NCBI GenBank assembly: GCA_016187925.1
Contig: JACPIS010000040.1
Span: forward strand, 37,242-101,241
Direction: 5' to 3'
DNA from: Opitutia bacterium
GTDB taxonomy: Bacteria > Verrucomicrobiota > Verrucomicrobiia > Opitutales > Opitutaceae
Length of the DNA: 64,000 nt
Made by a program: the position numbers and the translations under genes. Numbering within the stretch: position 1 is the stretch's first letter; the number at the start of each line of letters is the position of its first letter. Of this stretch, positions 12,695-24,177 are shown one piece after another. Under the pieces are notes generated by a model that was given only the letters and a program-made list of their open reading frames with translations, ran no database searches and was not told the origin of the DNA.

Positions 12695-13885
12695 ATGACT
12701 GCAGCTTCGCCCGCCAGCGTCCCCAGCCCCGCCTCATCGCGCCTGGACTCCGTCGACCTGCTGCGCGGACTCGTCATGGTGGTGATGGCGCTCGACCACA
12801 CGCGGGATTTTTTCCACTTCGGCGCGATCCACGGCATCGACCCGGGCGACCTCGCGCGCACCACGCCGGCGATTTTCTTCACGCGCTGGATCACGCATTT
12901 CTGCGCGCCGGTCTTCTCGTTCCTCGCCGGCACCGGCGTATTCCTCGCGGCCATGCGCGGAAAAACGAAACGCGAACTGTCGTGGTTTCTCGTCACGCGC
13001 GGGATCTGGCTGATCCTCCTCGAGCTGACTTACGGTTACTTTGTCCTGACCTTCTCGATCGGCCTGCACTTCAACATCGCGCTGGTGCTCTGGTCGCTGG
13101 GCTGGTCGATGATCGTGCTGGCCGCACTGATCCATCTGCCGCTGTGGGCCATCGCCGCGTTCGGCCTGACGCTCATTGTCGGACACAATGCCTTCGACCA
13201 CGTGACCCCGCAGAGCTGGGGCGCATGGGCGTGGCTGTGGCAGGTGCTGCATGTGCAAGGGATCGTCAAGGTCTCGTCCGGCTTCCTACTGTTCGTCGCC
13301 TACCCGCTCGTCCCGTGGCTTGGCGTCATGGCGTGCGGTTATGTGTTCGGTGCGATTTTCCGCCTCGAACCGGCTGTCCGGAAAAAATGGCTGTTCCGTC
13401 TCGGTCTCGGACTGACCGCCGCGTTCGTCCTGCTCAGGCTCGGCAACATCTATGGCGACCCGCGCCCATGGTCAGCGCAGCCGCGCGCAGGCTTCACGCT
13501 GCTCTCCTTCCTCAACACCGCCAAGTATCCGCCCTCTCTCTCTTTCCTGCTGATGACGCTCGGGCCGGCCATCCTTCTGCTCGGCTGGCTGGAGGGGCGC
13601 ACCCCGGCAGCGTTGCGGCCGGCGCTGATCTTCGGCCGCGTGCCGCTTTTCTATTACCTGCTCCATTTCCCGCTGGTGCATGCGCTCGCCGCCCTGCTGC
13701 ACTGGTTTCAATGGGGTCGGCCTGATCTGGCGAGCGGCGCGCAAAATCCCCCCGCCGGAGCCGGCGTCGGATTGGTCGGCGTGTATATCGCTTGGCTGCT
13801 CGTCGTCGTCGCGGTCTATCCCGCGTGCCGCTGGTTCGCCGAACTCAAACGCCGGCGGCGCGACGCGTGGCTGAGCTACCTCTGA
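12695..13885 (+). CDS. DUF1624 / heparan-alpha-glucosaminide N-acetyltransferase-like membrane acyltransferase
   Basis: N-terminal RLDSVDLLRGLVMVVMALDHTRDF motif followed by about 9-10 hydrophobic helices. The start was chosen at ATG 12695. Confidence 0.7.
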   Translation: MTAASPASVPSPASSRLDSVDLLRGLVMVVMALDHTRDFFHFGAIHGIDPGDLARTTPAIFFTRWITHFCAPVFSFLAGTGVFLAAMRGKTKRELSWFLVTRGIWLILLELTYGYFVLTFSIGLHFNIALVLWSLGWSMIVLAALIHLPLWAIAAFGLTLIVGHNAFDHVTPQSWGAWAWLWQVLHVQGIVKVSSGFLLFVAYPLVPWLGVMACGYVFGAIFRLEPAVRKKWLFRLGLGLTAAFVLLRLGNIYGDPRPWSAQPRAGFTLLSFLNTAKYPPSLSFLLMTLGPAILLLGWLEGRTPAALRPALIFGRVPLFYYLLHFPLVHALAALLHWFQWGRPDLASGAQNPPAGAGVGLVGVYIAWLLVVVAVYPACRWFAELKRRRRDAWLSYL

Positions 13886-14029
13886 ATCGATTCGCGTGCG
13901 GCTCGATCGGGCGTCGAGTCATCGCTTCCGGGGAACACGCGCTGGCCCAATCCGCTGGGCGAGAGCGAACTTGGGAAGGCGGAGAAAATTTTTGCTCAGC
14001 TTGCATGAAGCCTGCTCAGCCAGGGTTGC

Positions 14030-15520
14030 ATGGTTACCTCGCGCGCCCCCCAGGAACTGCCCCACGGTTCCGCCCCCACTCCCTTTGCGCCCTACGCCCA
14101 GGACGGTTTCTTCGACGAGATGCTCGGCGCCGACGGCCGGGTCAGGCTGCATTACCAGCGTTTCACCGCCCAGTTTGGCCACATCAGCTCCGATGATTTC
14201 GCCGCGAAGCGCCGGGCCATCGACCTGGCGTTTCTGCGGCAAGGCATCACGTTCAATGTCTACGGCGACGCGCAAGGCACGGAGCGGGTTTTCCCCTTCG
14301 ATCTCGTGCCCCGCATCATTCCGGCCGCCGAATGGGAGCACCTCGAAGCCGGCCTCATCCAGCGCATCACCGCGCTCAATCTCTTCCTGCACGACATCTA
14401 TCACGAGCAGCGCATCCTCCGCGACGGCACCATCCCCGCCCACTACGTGCTCTCGGCAAAACATTTCCGGCGGGAGTTCGTGAACTTCCGCGTGCCGCGC
14501 GACATCTACATCCACATCTGCGGGACCGACATCATCCGCGACGACCAAGGCCAGTATCTCGTGCTCGAGGACAACGCCCGCTGCCCCTCCGGCGTCAGCT
14601 ACGTCCTCGAAAACCGCCGCGCGCTCAAGCGCACCCTGCCGGATATCTACGAGGCCTGCGGCGTGCGCCCCGTCGACCATTACCCGAACGAGCTGCTCAA
14701 ACTTCTCCGCCACGTCGCTCCTGTCGGTGTCGCCGAGCCCACCGTCGTGCTGCTCACGCCCGGCGCCTACAACTCCGCATATTTCGAACACACCTACCTC
14801 GCCCGCCAGATGGGCATCGAGATCGTCGAGGGCCGCGACCTCGTCGTGCGCGACCAGCACGTCTATATGCGCACGACCAAGGGCCTGCGTCCCGTCCACG
14901 TCATCTACCGGCGCATCGACGACGACTTCCTGGATCCCACCGTATTCCGCCGCGACTCCGCCCTCGGTGTCCCCGGCCTCGTCAACGCCTGCCGGGCCGG
15001 CAGCGTCTCCCTCGCCAACTCCATCGGCACCGGCGTCGCCGACGACAAGGTCATCTATTACTTCGTGCCGCGGATCATCAAATACTATCTCGGCGAGGAA
15101 CCGCTCCTCCCGAACGTCCCCACCTACCTCGCCAGCGAGCCCGCCGATCGCCAATACATCGTCGAGCACCTCGACCAGCTCGTCGTCAAGGCCGCCAACG
15201 AGGCCGGCGGCTACGGCATGCTCATGGGCCCGCACGCCACCCAGGCCGAACGCGACGAGTTCCGCCGGCGCATCGAGGCCGAGCCGCGCAACTACATCGC
15301 CCAACCCATGATCTCCCTCTCGCGCCATCCCACCTGGTGCGACAGCGAGGGCTTCGCCGGCCGGCACATCGACCTGCGTCCCTTCATTCTCTTCGGCGAG
15401 AAACCCGTCGTCATCCCCGGCGGCCTCACCCGCGTCGCCCTCCGCAAAGGCTCCCTCGTCGTCAACTCCTCCCAGGGCGGCGGCAGCAAGGAGACCTGGG
15501 TCCTCTACGGCAACGACTGA
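14030..15520 (+). CDS. Circularly permuted ATP-grasp (type 2) protein
   Basis: 496 aa. Length, gene context (followed by Alpha-E and transglutaminase genes) and conserved blocks ([49 protein letters not shown]) match the family as I remember it. Confidence 0.8.
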   Translation: MVTSRAPQELPHGSAPTPFAPYAQDGFFDEMLGADGRVRLHYQRFTAQFGHISSDDFAAKRRAIDLAFLRQGITFNVYGDAQGTERVFPFDLVPRIIPAAEWEHLEAGLIQRITALNLFLHDIYHEQRILRDGTIPAHYVLSAKHFRREFVNFRVPRDIYIHICGTDIIRDDQGQYLVLEDNARCPSGVSYVLENRRALKRTLPDIYEACGVRPVDHYPNELLKLLRHVAPVGVAEPTVVLLTPGAYNSAYFEHTYLARQMGIEIVEGRDLVVRDQHVYMRTTKGLRPVHVIYRRIDDDFLDPTVFRRDSALGVPGLVNACRAGSVSLANSIGTGVADDKVIYYFVPRIIKYYLGEEPLLPNVPTYLASEPADRQYIVEHLDQLVVKAANEAGGYGMLMGPHATQAERDEFRRRIEAEPRNYIAQPMISLSRHPTWCDSEGFAGRHIDLRPFILFGEKPVVIPGGLTRVALRKGSLVVNSSQGGGSKETWVLYGND

Positions 15521-15545
15521 GCGCGACCCGCGTCCCCTCCCTTTC

Positions 15546-16583
15546 ATGCTCTCCCGCGTCGCCAATTCCCTCTACTGGATGAGCCGCTACATCGAGCGCG
15601 CCGACAACACCGCGCGCCTGGTGGACGTCAACCTCCAGCTCCTGCTCGATATCCGCCGCCTCGACGACCAGACGCTCGCCGGCCACTGGATGCCCATCGT
15701 CCAGAGCAGCGGCGACGACGACCTCTTCCTTTCCCTCCACCCCCGCGCCACCGGCGAGTCCGTCACCGAGTTCCTCGTCTTCCAGCCCGAGAACCCCAAC
15801 TCCATCGTCTCCTCCATCGGGCAGGCCCGCGAAAATGCCCGCATGGTCCGCGACCAGCTCACCGTCGAATTCTGGGAGGAACTCAACCGCCTCTACCTCT
15901 TCCTCCACTCGCCCCGCGCGCGTGCCGCCTGGCGCGCCAGCCCCCACGACTTTTTTCTCGAGATCAAGAACAGCTCCCTCGTCCTGAACGGCCTCGCCAC
16001 CGCCACGGTCGTCCGCAACGAGGGCTGGAACTTCATGCAGGCGGGCTGCTACCTCGAGCGCGCCGACAAGACCTCCCGCATCCTCGACGTCCGTCATGCC
16101 TCCGTCCCCGCGCGCGGCTCCCCCGGCGCAGTCAGCCAGGACGACGCCCTCGGCTGGTCCGCCGTCCTCCGTTCCTGCAGCGGCTGGGACGCCTACAAGG
16201 CCCTCCACGGCGCCGAGGTCCAGCCCGCCTACGTCGCCGAGTTCCTCCTGCTGACCGACAATTTTCCCCGCTCCGTGCGCTTCTGTGTCCGCGCGCTCGA
16301 CGCTTCACTCCGCCGCATCTCCGGCACCGCCGGCGACCGCTTCAGCAACGACGCCGAAAAGCTCGCCGGCCGGCTCCTCGCCGAGCTCAGCTTCAGTTCG
16401 CCGGCCGATGTTTTCTCCAGCGGTCTTCACACCTACATTGACGAACTTCAGGCCAAGCTGAACGCCATCGGCGACGCCCTTTTCCAAGCCTACATTTTCC
16501 AGCCTTTCCAGACGCTCGAAGACTACGAGCTCCGCCAGCAGGAGGAGCAACAGCAACAGTCCCCGGCCGCGCCGACCGCATGA
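15546..16583 (+). CDS. Alpha-E domain protein (DUF403 family)
   Basis: Starts with MLSRVANSLYWMSRYIERADNTARL, characteristic of Alpha-E proteins. Begins 25 nt after the ATP-grasp gene. Confidence 0.85.
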   Translation: MLSRVANSLYWMSRYIERADNTARLVDVNLQLLLDIRRLDDQTLAGHWMPIVQSSGDDDLFLSLHPRATGESVTEFLVFQPENPNSIVSSIGQARENARMVRDQLTVEFWEELNRLYLFLHSPRARAAWRASPHDFFLEIKNSSLVLNGLATATVVRNEGWNFMQAGCYLERADKTSRILDVRHASVPARGSPGAVSQDDALGWSAVLRSCSGWDAYKALHGAEVQPAYVAEFLLLTDNFPRSVRFCVRALDASLRRISGTAGDRFSNDAEKLAGRLLAELSFSSPADVFSSGLHTYIDELQAKLNAIGDALFQAYIFQPFQTLEDYELRQQEEQQQQSPAAPTA

Positions 16584-17452
16584 AACTGCAGACCTTCCAC
16601 CGCACCCGCTACCGCTACGGGGCGGCCGTGCGGGAGAGTTTCAATGAGGCGCGCCTTCGCCCCGCCACCGCCGATGGCCAGGAATGCCGCCACTTCGAAC
16701 TCCACATCACGCCCGCGGCCCGGCAGTCGCACTATCTCGATTTCTACCAAAACTGCGTCCACCTCTTCGAGATCGCCGCCCCGCACACCGAGCTCGTGGT
16801 CGAGGCCACGGCCCACGTCCTCACTTGCGACGCCCCCGCTCTCGCACCCGACGCCCGGCCCGCCCCGCTCGCCCGCATCGGCGACGCCCTCCTGCTCGAC
16901 CGCTGCTACGACTTCCTTCCCCCCAGCACCTACGTCGAGATCACGCCCGAGACCACCGCCCTCGCGCCCACCGCGGCCGCCGGCGCCACGGATGTCTGGC
17001 AGGCCGCCCTTGCGCTCACCCGGCACATCCAACGCGAATTCTCCTACCGCCCGGCCGCCACCAACGTCCACACCCACATGCGCGAAGTCCTCAAGGCCCG
17101 CCACGGCGTCTGCCAGGACTTCGCGCACGTCCTGATCGGCTACTGCCGCGCCCTGCAAATCCCCGCCCGCTACGTCAGCGGATACCTCTACAACGGTCCT
17201 CTCGATCAGCTCAAAGGCTCCCAGGCCAGCCACGCCTGGGCCGAGGTCTATGTGCCTGGCGCCGGGTGGTGCGGCCTCGATCCCACCAACGGCCGCGCCA
17301 CCGCCGGCCACCACGTGAAGGTCGCCGTCGGTCGCGATTACGCCGACGTCTCCCCTCTCAAGGGCACCTACCGCGGCACCGACAAACACATCCTCACCGT
17401 CGAGGTCCTCGTCCGGCCGCTGGAAACTCCCACCGCCGTCGCCACGCCCTGA
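16580..17452 (+). CDS. Transglutaminase-like cysteine peptidase family protein (with bacterial transglutaminase N-terminal domain)
   Basis: The start overlaps the upstream stop (ATGA at 16580). N-terminal HRTRYRY motif. Catalytic-type Cys (HGVCQDFAH), His (SHAWAEVY) and Asp (GLDPTNG) are present. Confidence 0.88.
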   Translation: MKLQTFHRTRYRYGAAVRESFNEARLRPATADGQECRHFELHITPAARQSHYLDFYQNCVHLFEIAAPHTELVVEATAHVLTCDAPALAPDARPAPLARIGDALLLDRCYDFLPPSTYVEITPETTALAPTAAAGATDVWQAALALTRHIQREFSYRPAATNVHTHMREVLKARHGVCQDFAHVLIGYCRALQIPARYVSGYLYNGPLDQLKGSQASHAWAEVYVPGAGWCGLDPTNGRATAGHHVKVAVGRDYADVSPLKGTYRGTDKHILTVEVLVRPLETPTAVATP

Positions 17453-17505
17453 GCCGGACTTGCGCCGATAAGGCAGGAGCGCCGCTTGACGGCGCCCCGG
17501 GCGCT

Positions 17506-17579
17506 GTCATTGCGAGGAGCGAAGCGACGAAGCAATCCAGTTGGATCGCCACGGCGCGCTACGCGCGCCTCGCGATGAC
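17506..17579. repeat. Palindromic intergenic element GTCATTGCGAGGAGCGAAGCGACGAAGCAATCC ... CCTCGCGATGAC
   Basis: Inverted termini GTCATTGCGAGG / CCTCGCGATGAC were read directly between convergent genes. It is related to the inner element at 33841..33919. Confidence 0.7.
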
Positions 17580-17608
17580 AATGGTCAAAGTGCCATGGCC
17601 AATTGACT

Positions 17609-18535
<927 letters not shown>

Positions 18536-18679
18536 GGGAAAAGTGAGGTTGGTGTGTCAGGCGGAAGAGTCACGGGCCGGCCGCCGGTCCGCAACCAGAA
18601 ACCAGTTTCCTCTTGCGTGGCAACGTCTACCAGACAGCTTCGCGCTCCTTTCACGGGCCAAAAACACAACAAGCGATAA

Positions 18680-19315
18680 ATGAAACTGAGTAAGAAACTA
18701 ACGCTCGCAACGGCTGCGCTCATCGGCGCGACCGTCGCACTCGCACAACAGGGCTCCGGCACCGCGTCCGGCGTCCTCGGCACCAGCCACCTGGACGTCG
18801 GCTACGCCCTGACGGACATCGAAAACGTCTCCAGCAACATCCATGCGGCCAAGCTGGCGGTCAACGTGCCCCTCACGGCGCACTACGACCTCAAGCTCGG
18901 CTACCGCTACTCCTGGTGGAACGATCTCGGCCTGGCCCGCATCAACGCCCACACCTTCAGCGCCGATTCCGTCTTCTACACGACGACCCACGGCGTGAAG
19001 CCCTACGCCCTCGTCGGCGTGGGTTACAGCGCGCTTTCGGCCTCCGCCGCCGATATCACCGTCTCCGAGGACTCCGGCATCTGGAACCTCGGCGTCGGCG
19101 TGGAAATCCCGGCCGGCCCGGTCACCTTCACCCCGCACGCGCAATACACCGACTCCTTCAAGAAAAATACCGACGGTCAGTCCCTCTACGGAGTCGACGC
19201 CAATTGGTGGTTCCGTTCGGGCGTCGGCGCCTACGCCGACGTCTCGTATCTCGACCCGAAGGCCACTGCCGACAGCAGCTGGATCTACTCGGTCGGTTTC
19301 CGCGTGAAATTCTAA
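18680..19315 (+). CDS. Outer-membrane beta-barrel protein (OmpW/porin-like)
   Basis: Signal peptide MKLSKKLTLATAALIGATVALAQQ, alternating amphipathic strands, and a C-terminal ...GFRVKF aromatic terminus. Confidence 0.7.
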   Translation: MKLSKKLTLATAALIGATVALAQQGSGTASGVLGTSHLDVGYALTDIENVSSNIHAAKLAVNVPLTAHYDLKLGYRYSWWNDLGLARINAHTFSADSVFYTTTHGVKPYALVGVGYSALSASAADITVSEDSGIWNLGVGVEIPAGPVTFTPHAQYTDSFKKNTDGQSLYGVDANWWFRSGVGAYADVSYLDPKATADSSWIYSVGFRVKF

Positions 19316-19343
19316 GCACGGACGCGCGTAGAGCGCACTTTCG

Positions 19344-19377
19344 AGCCCGCATGGCCTGCGCCTTGCGGGCTTTTTTC
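19344..19377 (+). terminator. Rho-independent terminator after the OMP gene
   Basis: Stem AGCCCGC (19344-19350) / GCGGGCT (19365-19371) followed by TTTTTT. Confidence 0.75.
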
Positions 19378-19432
19378 CTCCAGCAGGTGACGCGCAGATC
19401 AAGCGCCGCTCCACCCGCGGAGTTGGCGTAGG

Positions 19433-20431
19433 ATGGAGAAAAGGCTCCGGCGGCGGCCGCGCCATTTTCACTGGCTTACGGAAGCCCGATCCGCAGGCTG
19501 GCATAAACCCATGCAGGTGCAGTCCGGTCAGACCTCGTATCCAAATCTCGGACAATCCGTGTTGTTAGTCGTCGGCGCCCTCGCCTTACAAGTCTCCTGC
19601 TGGGTGATGCTCACCGGCTTCGCGTCGCTGGCGACGGGAGAGATCGCGCGCGCCAACCAGGCCATGCTCAATCCCTGGACGTTGGGCGCGGTAAACACCG
19701 GCGCGCTCGCCCTGGTGCTGGCTCTGGGACTGCGCGTCTCGGGCGAGCCGCCGGTCCGCTTCTTCAGCATCCGAAGCTTTATCCCCGCGTTGCTGCCCGC
19801 CGTGTTGCTGACCTCGCTCAGCCTTGCGGTCGTGATGCAGAAATCCGACGCCCTGATTGTCGAACTCCTGCAGCGATTGCCCGGAGTCGGGCCCATCCCG
19901 TCCGACCCCCTCAAACTGGCGGCCTACCCCGCCGGCGGATTCCTCCTGCTGGTCGTAATCGCACCCTTCACCGAGGAGTATCTTTTTCGGCGCATGATCC
20001 TGCGCGGCCTGCTGGCGCGGCACCGGCCGCTCGCCGCCATCGGCATTTCCGCCCTGCTCTTCGGTCTTATGCACGCCAATATCCCGCAGCTCATCCTCGG
20101 CCTCGTCATCGGGGCGGTGTTCGGCTGGTGGTATGCGCGCACCTGCTCGGTCGGCCCGGGCCTCATCGGGCATGCCGCGTTCAACGGCGTGGCTTGGTCC
20201 GGCACCGTGCTGTCTGACGTCATGGCCGCTCCGGGCGTCGGCTCGTACGAGCATCCGGCCGCACGCCTGTCCTGGTCGTTGACCGCCGGATGTCTCGCGC
20301 TGGCGGGATTGGGTCTCTGGCGGTTCAAGGCGATCTGCGACGCCGCGGTGCCCGCCGCGCCTCCGCGGCTAGCCGAGTCAAGCATCCCGCCCCTGCTCGC
20401 GGCTCAACGACCGGATTCGCCCGCCTCGTAA
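19433..20431 (+). CDS. CPBP-family intramembrane glutamic endopeptidase (CAAX protease-like)
   Basis: Contains APFTEEYLFRRMILRGL (EExxxR), LLFGLMHAN and GHAAFNG motifs within a multi-TM protein. An alternative ATG lies at 19511. Confidence 0.8.
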   Translation: MEKRLRRRPRHFHWLTEARSAGWHKPMQVQSGQTSYPNLGQSVLLVVGALALQVSCWVMLTGFASLATGEIARANQAMLNPWTLGAVNTGALALVLALGLRVSGEPPVRFFSIRSFIPALLPAVLLTSLSLAVVMQKSDALIVELLQRLPGVGPIPSDPLKLAAYPAGGFLLLVVIAPFTEEYLFRRMILRGLLARHRPLAAIGISALLFGLMHANIPQLILGLVIGAVFGWWYARTCSVGPGLIGHAAFNGVAWSGTVLSDVMAAPGVGSYEHPAARLSWSLTAGCLALAGLGLWRFKAICDAAVPAAPPRLAESSIPPLLAAQRPDSPAS

Positions 20432-20558
20432 CGCTCGATCCACACGCGGCTCCATGCGGCGTAGTCGCCGGCCTCGATGTGGGCGCGGGCTTGCGCGACG
20501 AGGCAGGGTAGAAATGGACGTTGTGGGGCGTGAGCAGAGTGCGGGCCAGGAACCTCGT
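20404..20558 (-). pseudogene. Decayed duplicate of the 3' end of tgt
   Basis: Roughly 90 % identical by eye to 22373..22527. It translates to AQARAHIEAGDYAAWSRVWIERYEAGESGR*, against AQARAHIEAGDYATWSRAWIERYEAGEAAG* in the intact tgt. A 1-nt deletion upstream breaks the frame. Confidence 0.85.
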
Positions 20559-20763
20559 CGTCCACCCCGTCTTCGACCACTACCGCAGAAGCACCAGGGT
20601 TGCCCGGCCTCCGCGGATCGCGCCGGCGACAACCCCGCTAGCGCCGGGCGCCACGGCGAACCCCGCAGCCTCACCGAGATCAACCGCGCGGAAGCCGAGC
20701 GCAAGTTCGCCCGCGACGGCCGGCTCGACCCCATCGTTGATCGGATCGATCGCTTCAAGCGAC

Positions 20764-22248
20764 TCACCGATTTTCGTCCGGCGTGATTTTCCACGCGCTC
20801 GCCGACTCGAAATCGGCCAGCTTTTCCCATTTCCCGGGGATTTTTTTCATGCGTGGATCAGCCAGCTCGGACTGATCGAGCACCGCATAGACCGGCTGCC
20901 CGGCCCGGTGCATCGTAGCCAGATACTTTGGACCCTCCGTGGCTGCGACGATGTCCCACCGCAAGACCGGGTGACCGGTCTGAAAATAGATCATGCCGCT
21001 GAACAGCATGCTCACCACCAAGGCGTCCGGCGGCAGTTCTCTCCGCGCCCACTCCTTCGCTTCGACATACATGCGGTCATGCTTCCGCGCATTCGGCGTC
21101 CGATTCAAGGCGTTCGCGGCAACCGCGACGGCGATCACCACGACGACAACCACGGCCGTCGTGCCGGGCTGGCGAGCCGGGTTGACCTGCGCGATCATCT
21201 CTTCCATCCCCAGGCCGGCAAGCAGCAGCATGGCTGGAAATGCCGGCGCGAGGAACCGCAGAAACGACCAGTCCAACCGCGACCAGACGTAAAAGGCGTG
21301 GAAGAATACAAACGCACCCACCCACAGCAGCAGTGCCGTCACTTCTCGCCGCTGAACGCCGCGCCGTACGAGGAAAACGGACGCCACCAGTCCAAAGACC
21401 CCCATGGGCAGCAGGCGACCCACCCAGACGGCAAAGTGCCCCATCGTTGGCCAAAAATAATCCGGGGAAAAGAGCAACGACAGTTCGCCGTAGCCAGACC
21501 GCCACGGGCTCCCGTAAAGGGCATTTTGATAGAACCCGAGGGCGACCGCGACCGGTATCCCCGCCAGCGCCGTCAGCCCGATCTTTTTCCAGTCACCCCA
21601 AAGGAGCGCCAGCGCAGGCAGCAACAGGGCGTTGGAAGGCCGGACCAAAACGGCGATTGAAAACGCCACGCCGCACGCCGCCGCTGCCACCATTGAACCC
21701 CGCCGGGCCCGAAGCGCCGTCCAGACCGCCGTGCAGCACCAGAACGTTGCCAGCGTGTCACTGAGTGGCTGGATCGAGCTGTAGACGAACACCGCACATG
21801 GCGCCAGCGAACCGGCGATCGCCATGCCGACGGGACGCGAAAGGCCGAGTTCGCGCGCCAAAAGATAGCACATGACCAGCGTCGCGAGCGCTCCGCCCAC
21901 GCCTACCACGTAGGGCCCCCAGTGCCAGCCGAACAGCAGACATGCTCCCGCCAGGTGCAAGGGCAGCCCAACGGGATAAATCGGCACGAGCCGCGTGGTG
22001 CGCCGGGTCGCCTCGAAACCGAGCGGCTGGAAATCCTGCGACCATTGGTCGCGGAGCTCCGGCTTGATGTGCAGTGCGGTCACGAGGCGGCCTTCGGTGA
22101 GCAGCTGTGCACTGTGCAGGTATCCCGAGGCATCGGCCCCACCCGGTTCCGGCGAAAACCGGGCCGCCAGCCAGGCCGCATAGCCGGCCAGCGCGGCAAG
22201 GCATATGAAGAGGAAACGCGACCGTGACATGTCCACCGACTCGGTCAC
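20764..22248 (-). CDS. GT-C fold membrane glycosyltransferase (ArnT/PMT, family 39/83-like), putative
   Basis: 494 aa with about 11-12 hydrophobic helices. It has an early periplasmic-loop acidic motif (GGADASGY) and a C-terminal soluble domain. The family call rests on architecture only. Confidence 0.5.
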   Translation of the reverse strand: MTESVDMSRSRFLFICLAALAGYAAWLAARFSPEPGGADASGYLHSAQLLTEGRLVTALHIKPELRDQWSQDFQPLGFEATRRTTRLVPIYPVGLPLHLAGACLLFGWHWGPYVVGVGGALATLVMCYLLARELGLSRPVGMAIAGSLAPCAVFVYSSIQPLSDTLATFWCCTAVWTALRARRGSMVAAAACGVAFSIAVLVRPSNALLLPALALLWGDWKKIGLTALAGIPVAVALGFYQNALYGSPWRSGYGELSLLFSPDYFWPTMGHFAVWVGRLLPMGVFGLVASVFLVRRGVQRREVTALLLWVGAFVFFHAFYVWSRLDWSFLRFLAPAFPAMLLLAGLGMEEMIAQVNPARQPGTTAVVVVVVIAVAVAANALNRTPNARKHDRMYVEAKEWARRELPPDALVVSMLFSGMIYFQTGHPVLRWDIVAATEGPKYLATMHRAGQPVYAVLDQSELADPRMKKIPGKWEKLADFESASAWKITPDENR

Positions 22249-22372
22249 AACACGTCTTCTCCGTCAATTTCTCACTGCGTCCGAACTCGATGAAGTCACG
22301 CAAGGGGTGCACCTCTCCGCTGCCACGGAACTGGATTAGCCCTCCGACCGCATCGCAACCGGGCGTACCGGT

Positions 22373-23512
<1,140 letters not shown>

Positions 23513-23572
23513 GCGGCCAAATTGCCCGAACGCCCCGGGCAAATGCAACCGGTTTCAGGGGCAGGGATTCAA

Positions 23573-23663
23573 GGTAGGGCGAACCCTCCGGGTGAGCCGT
23601 GCTCCGCTGGCGGATTTCCGTCCTGTCTCGAATAACGGCTCGGCGAGGACGCCTCGCCCTACC
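23573..23663. repeat. REP/REPIN-like inverted doublet with GTAGGGCGA heads
   Basis: GGTAGGGCGAACCCTCCGGGTGAGCCG ... CGGCTCGGCGAGGACGCCTCGCCCTACC, lying between the folK stop and the tgt start. Confidence 0.75.
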
Positions 23664-23665
23664 CT

Positions 23666-24172
23666 CTACCGCGGCGGCGCCCACGGTCGCACGCCCGCGC
23701 CGCGCGGCAGCGCCGCCACCCGCGCGCGCAGCTCCGCCCAGGCTGGCCCTTGGAAACTGGGCGCGCGCAGCAGCTCGCGCAGCGGCTCGACGACGAACGC
23801 GCGCTCGAACATCCGCGGGTGCGGCAGCTCCAGCACCGGGCCGACCCGCGTCTCGCCGGCAAACCACAGCAGATCGAGATCGATGGTGCGCGGGCCCCAG
23901 CGCACCGCCCGTTGCCGGCCGAGCCTCAGCTCGATCTCCATCATCCGTTGCAGCAGCGCTTCGGGACCGCGCGAAGTCGTCACGCCGGCCACGAGATTGA
24001 GGAACAACGGCTGGTCGAGCACGCCGACCGGGTCCGTTTCGAAAACCGGCGAAGCCTCCACCGCCGCGACGCCCGGCGTCTCGCGCAAAAATCCGAGCGC
24101 CGCCTGCAGCGTCGCCCAGCGGTCGCCGAGGTTGGCGCCCAGTCCGACGATGGCCTGCGGCTGCTCCGGCAT
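23666..24172 (-). CDS. folK: 2-amino-4-hydroxy-6-hydroxymethyldihydropteridine diphosphokinase
   Basis: Contains LGANLGD, SPVFETDPVG, RWGPRTIDLDLL and LPHPRM motifs. The start is ATG 24172. Confidence 0.92.
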   Translation of the reverse strand: MPEQPQAIVGLGANLGDRWATLQAALGFLRETPGVAAVEASPVFETDPVGVLDQPLFLNLVAGVTTSRGPEALLQRMMEIELRLGRQRAVRWGPRTIDLDLLWFAGETRVGPVLELPHPRMFERAFVVEPLRELLRAPSFQGPAWAELRARVAALPRGAGVRPWAPPR

Positions 24173-24177
24173 CGGGA

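Noticed and set aside
20454-20786. 110-aa plus-strand ORF ending ...SLTEINRAEAERKFARDGRLDPIVDRIDRFKRLTDFRPA
   Set aside because: The C-terminal 40 residues look protein-like. However, the only available starts force translation through the antisense of the tgt relic (Arg/Pro-rich low complexity), and the ORF overlaps the GT gene 3' end. It may be another gene remnant from the same rearrangement. There is not enough support to call a CDS.
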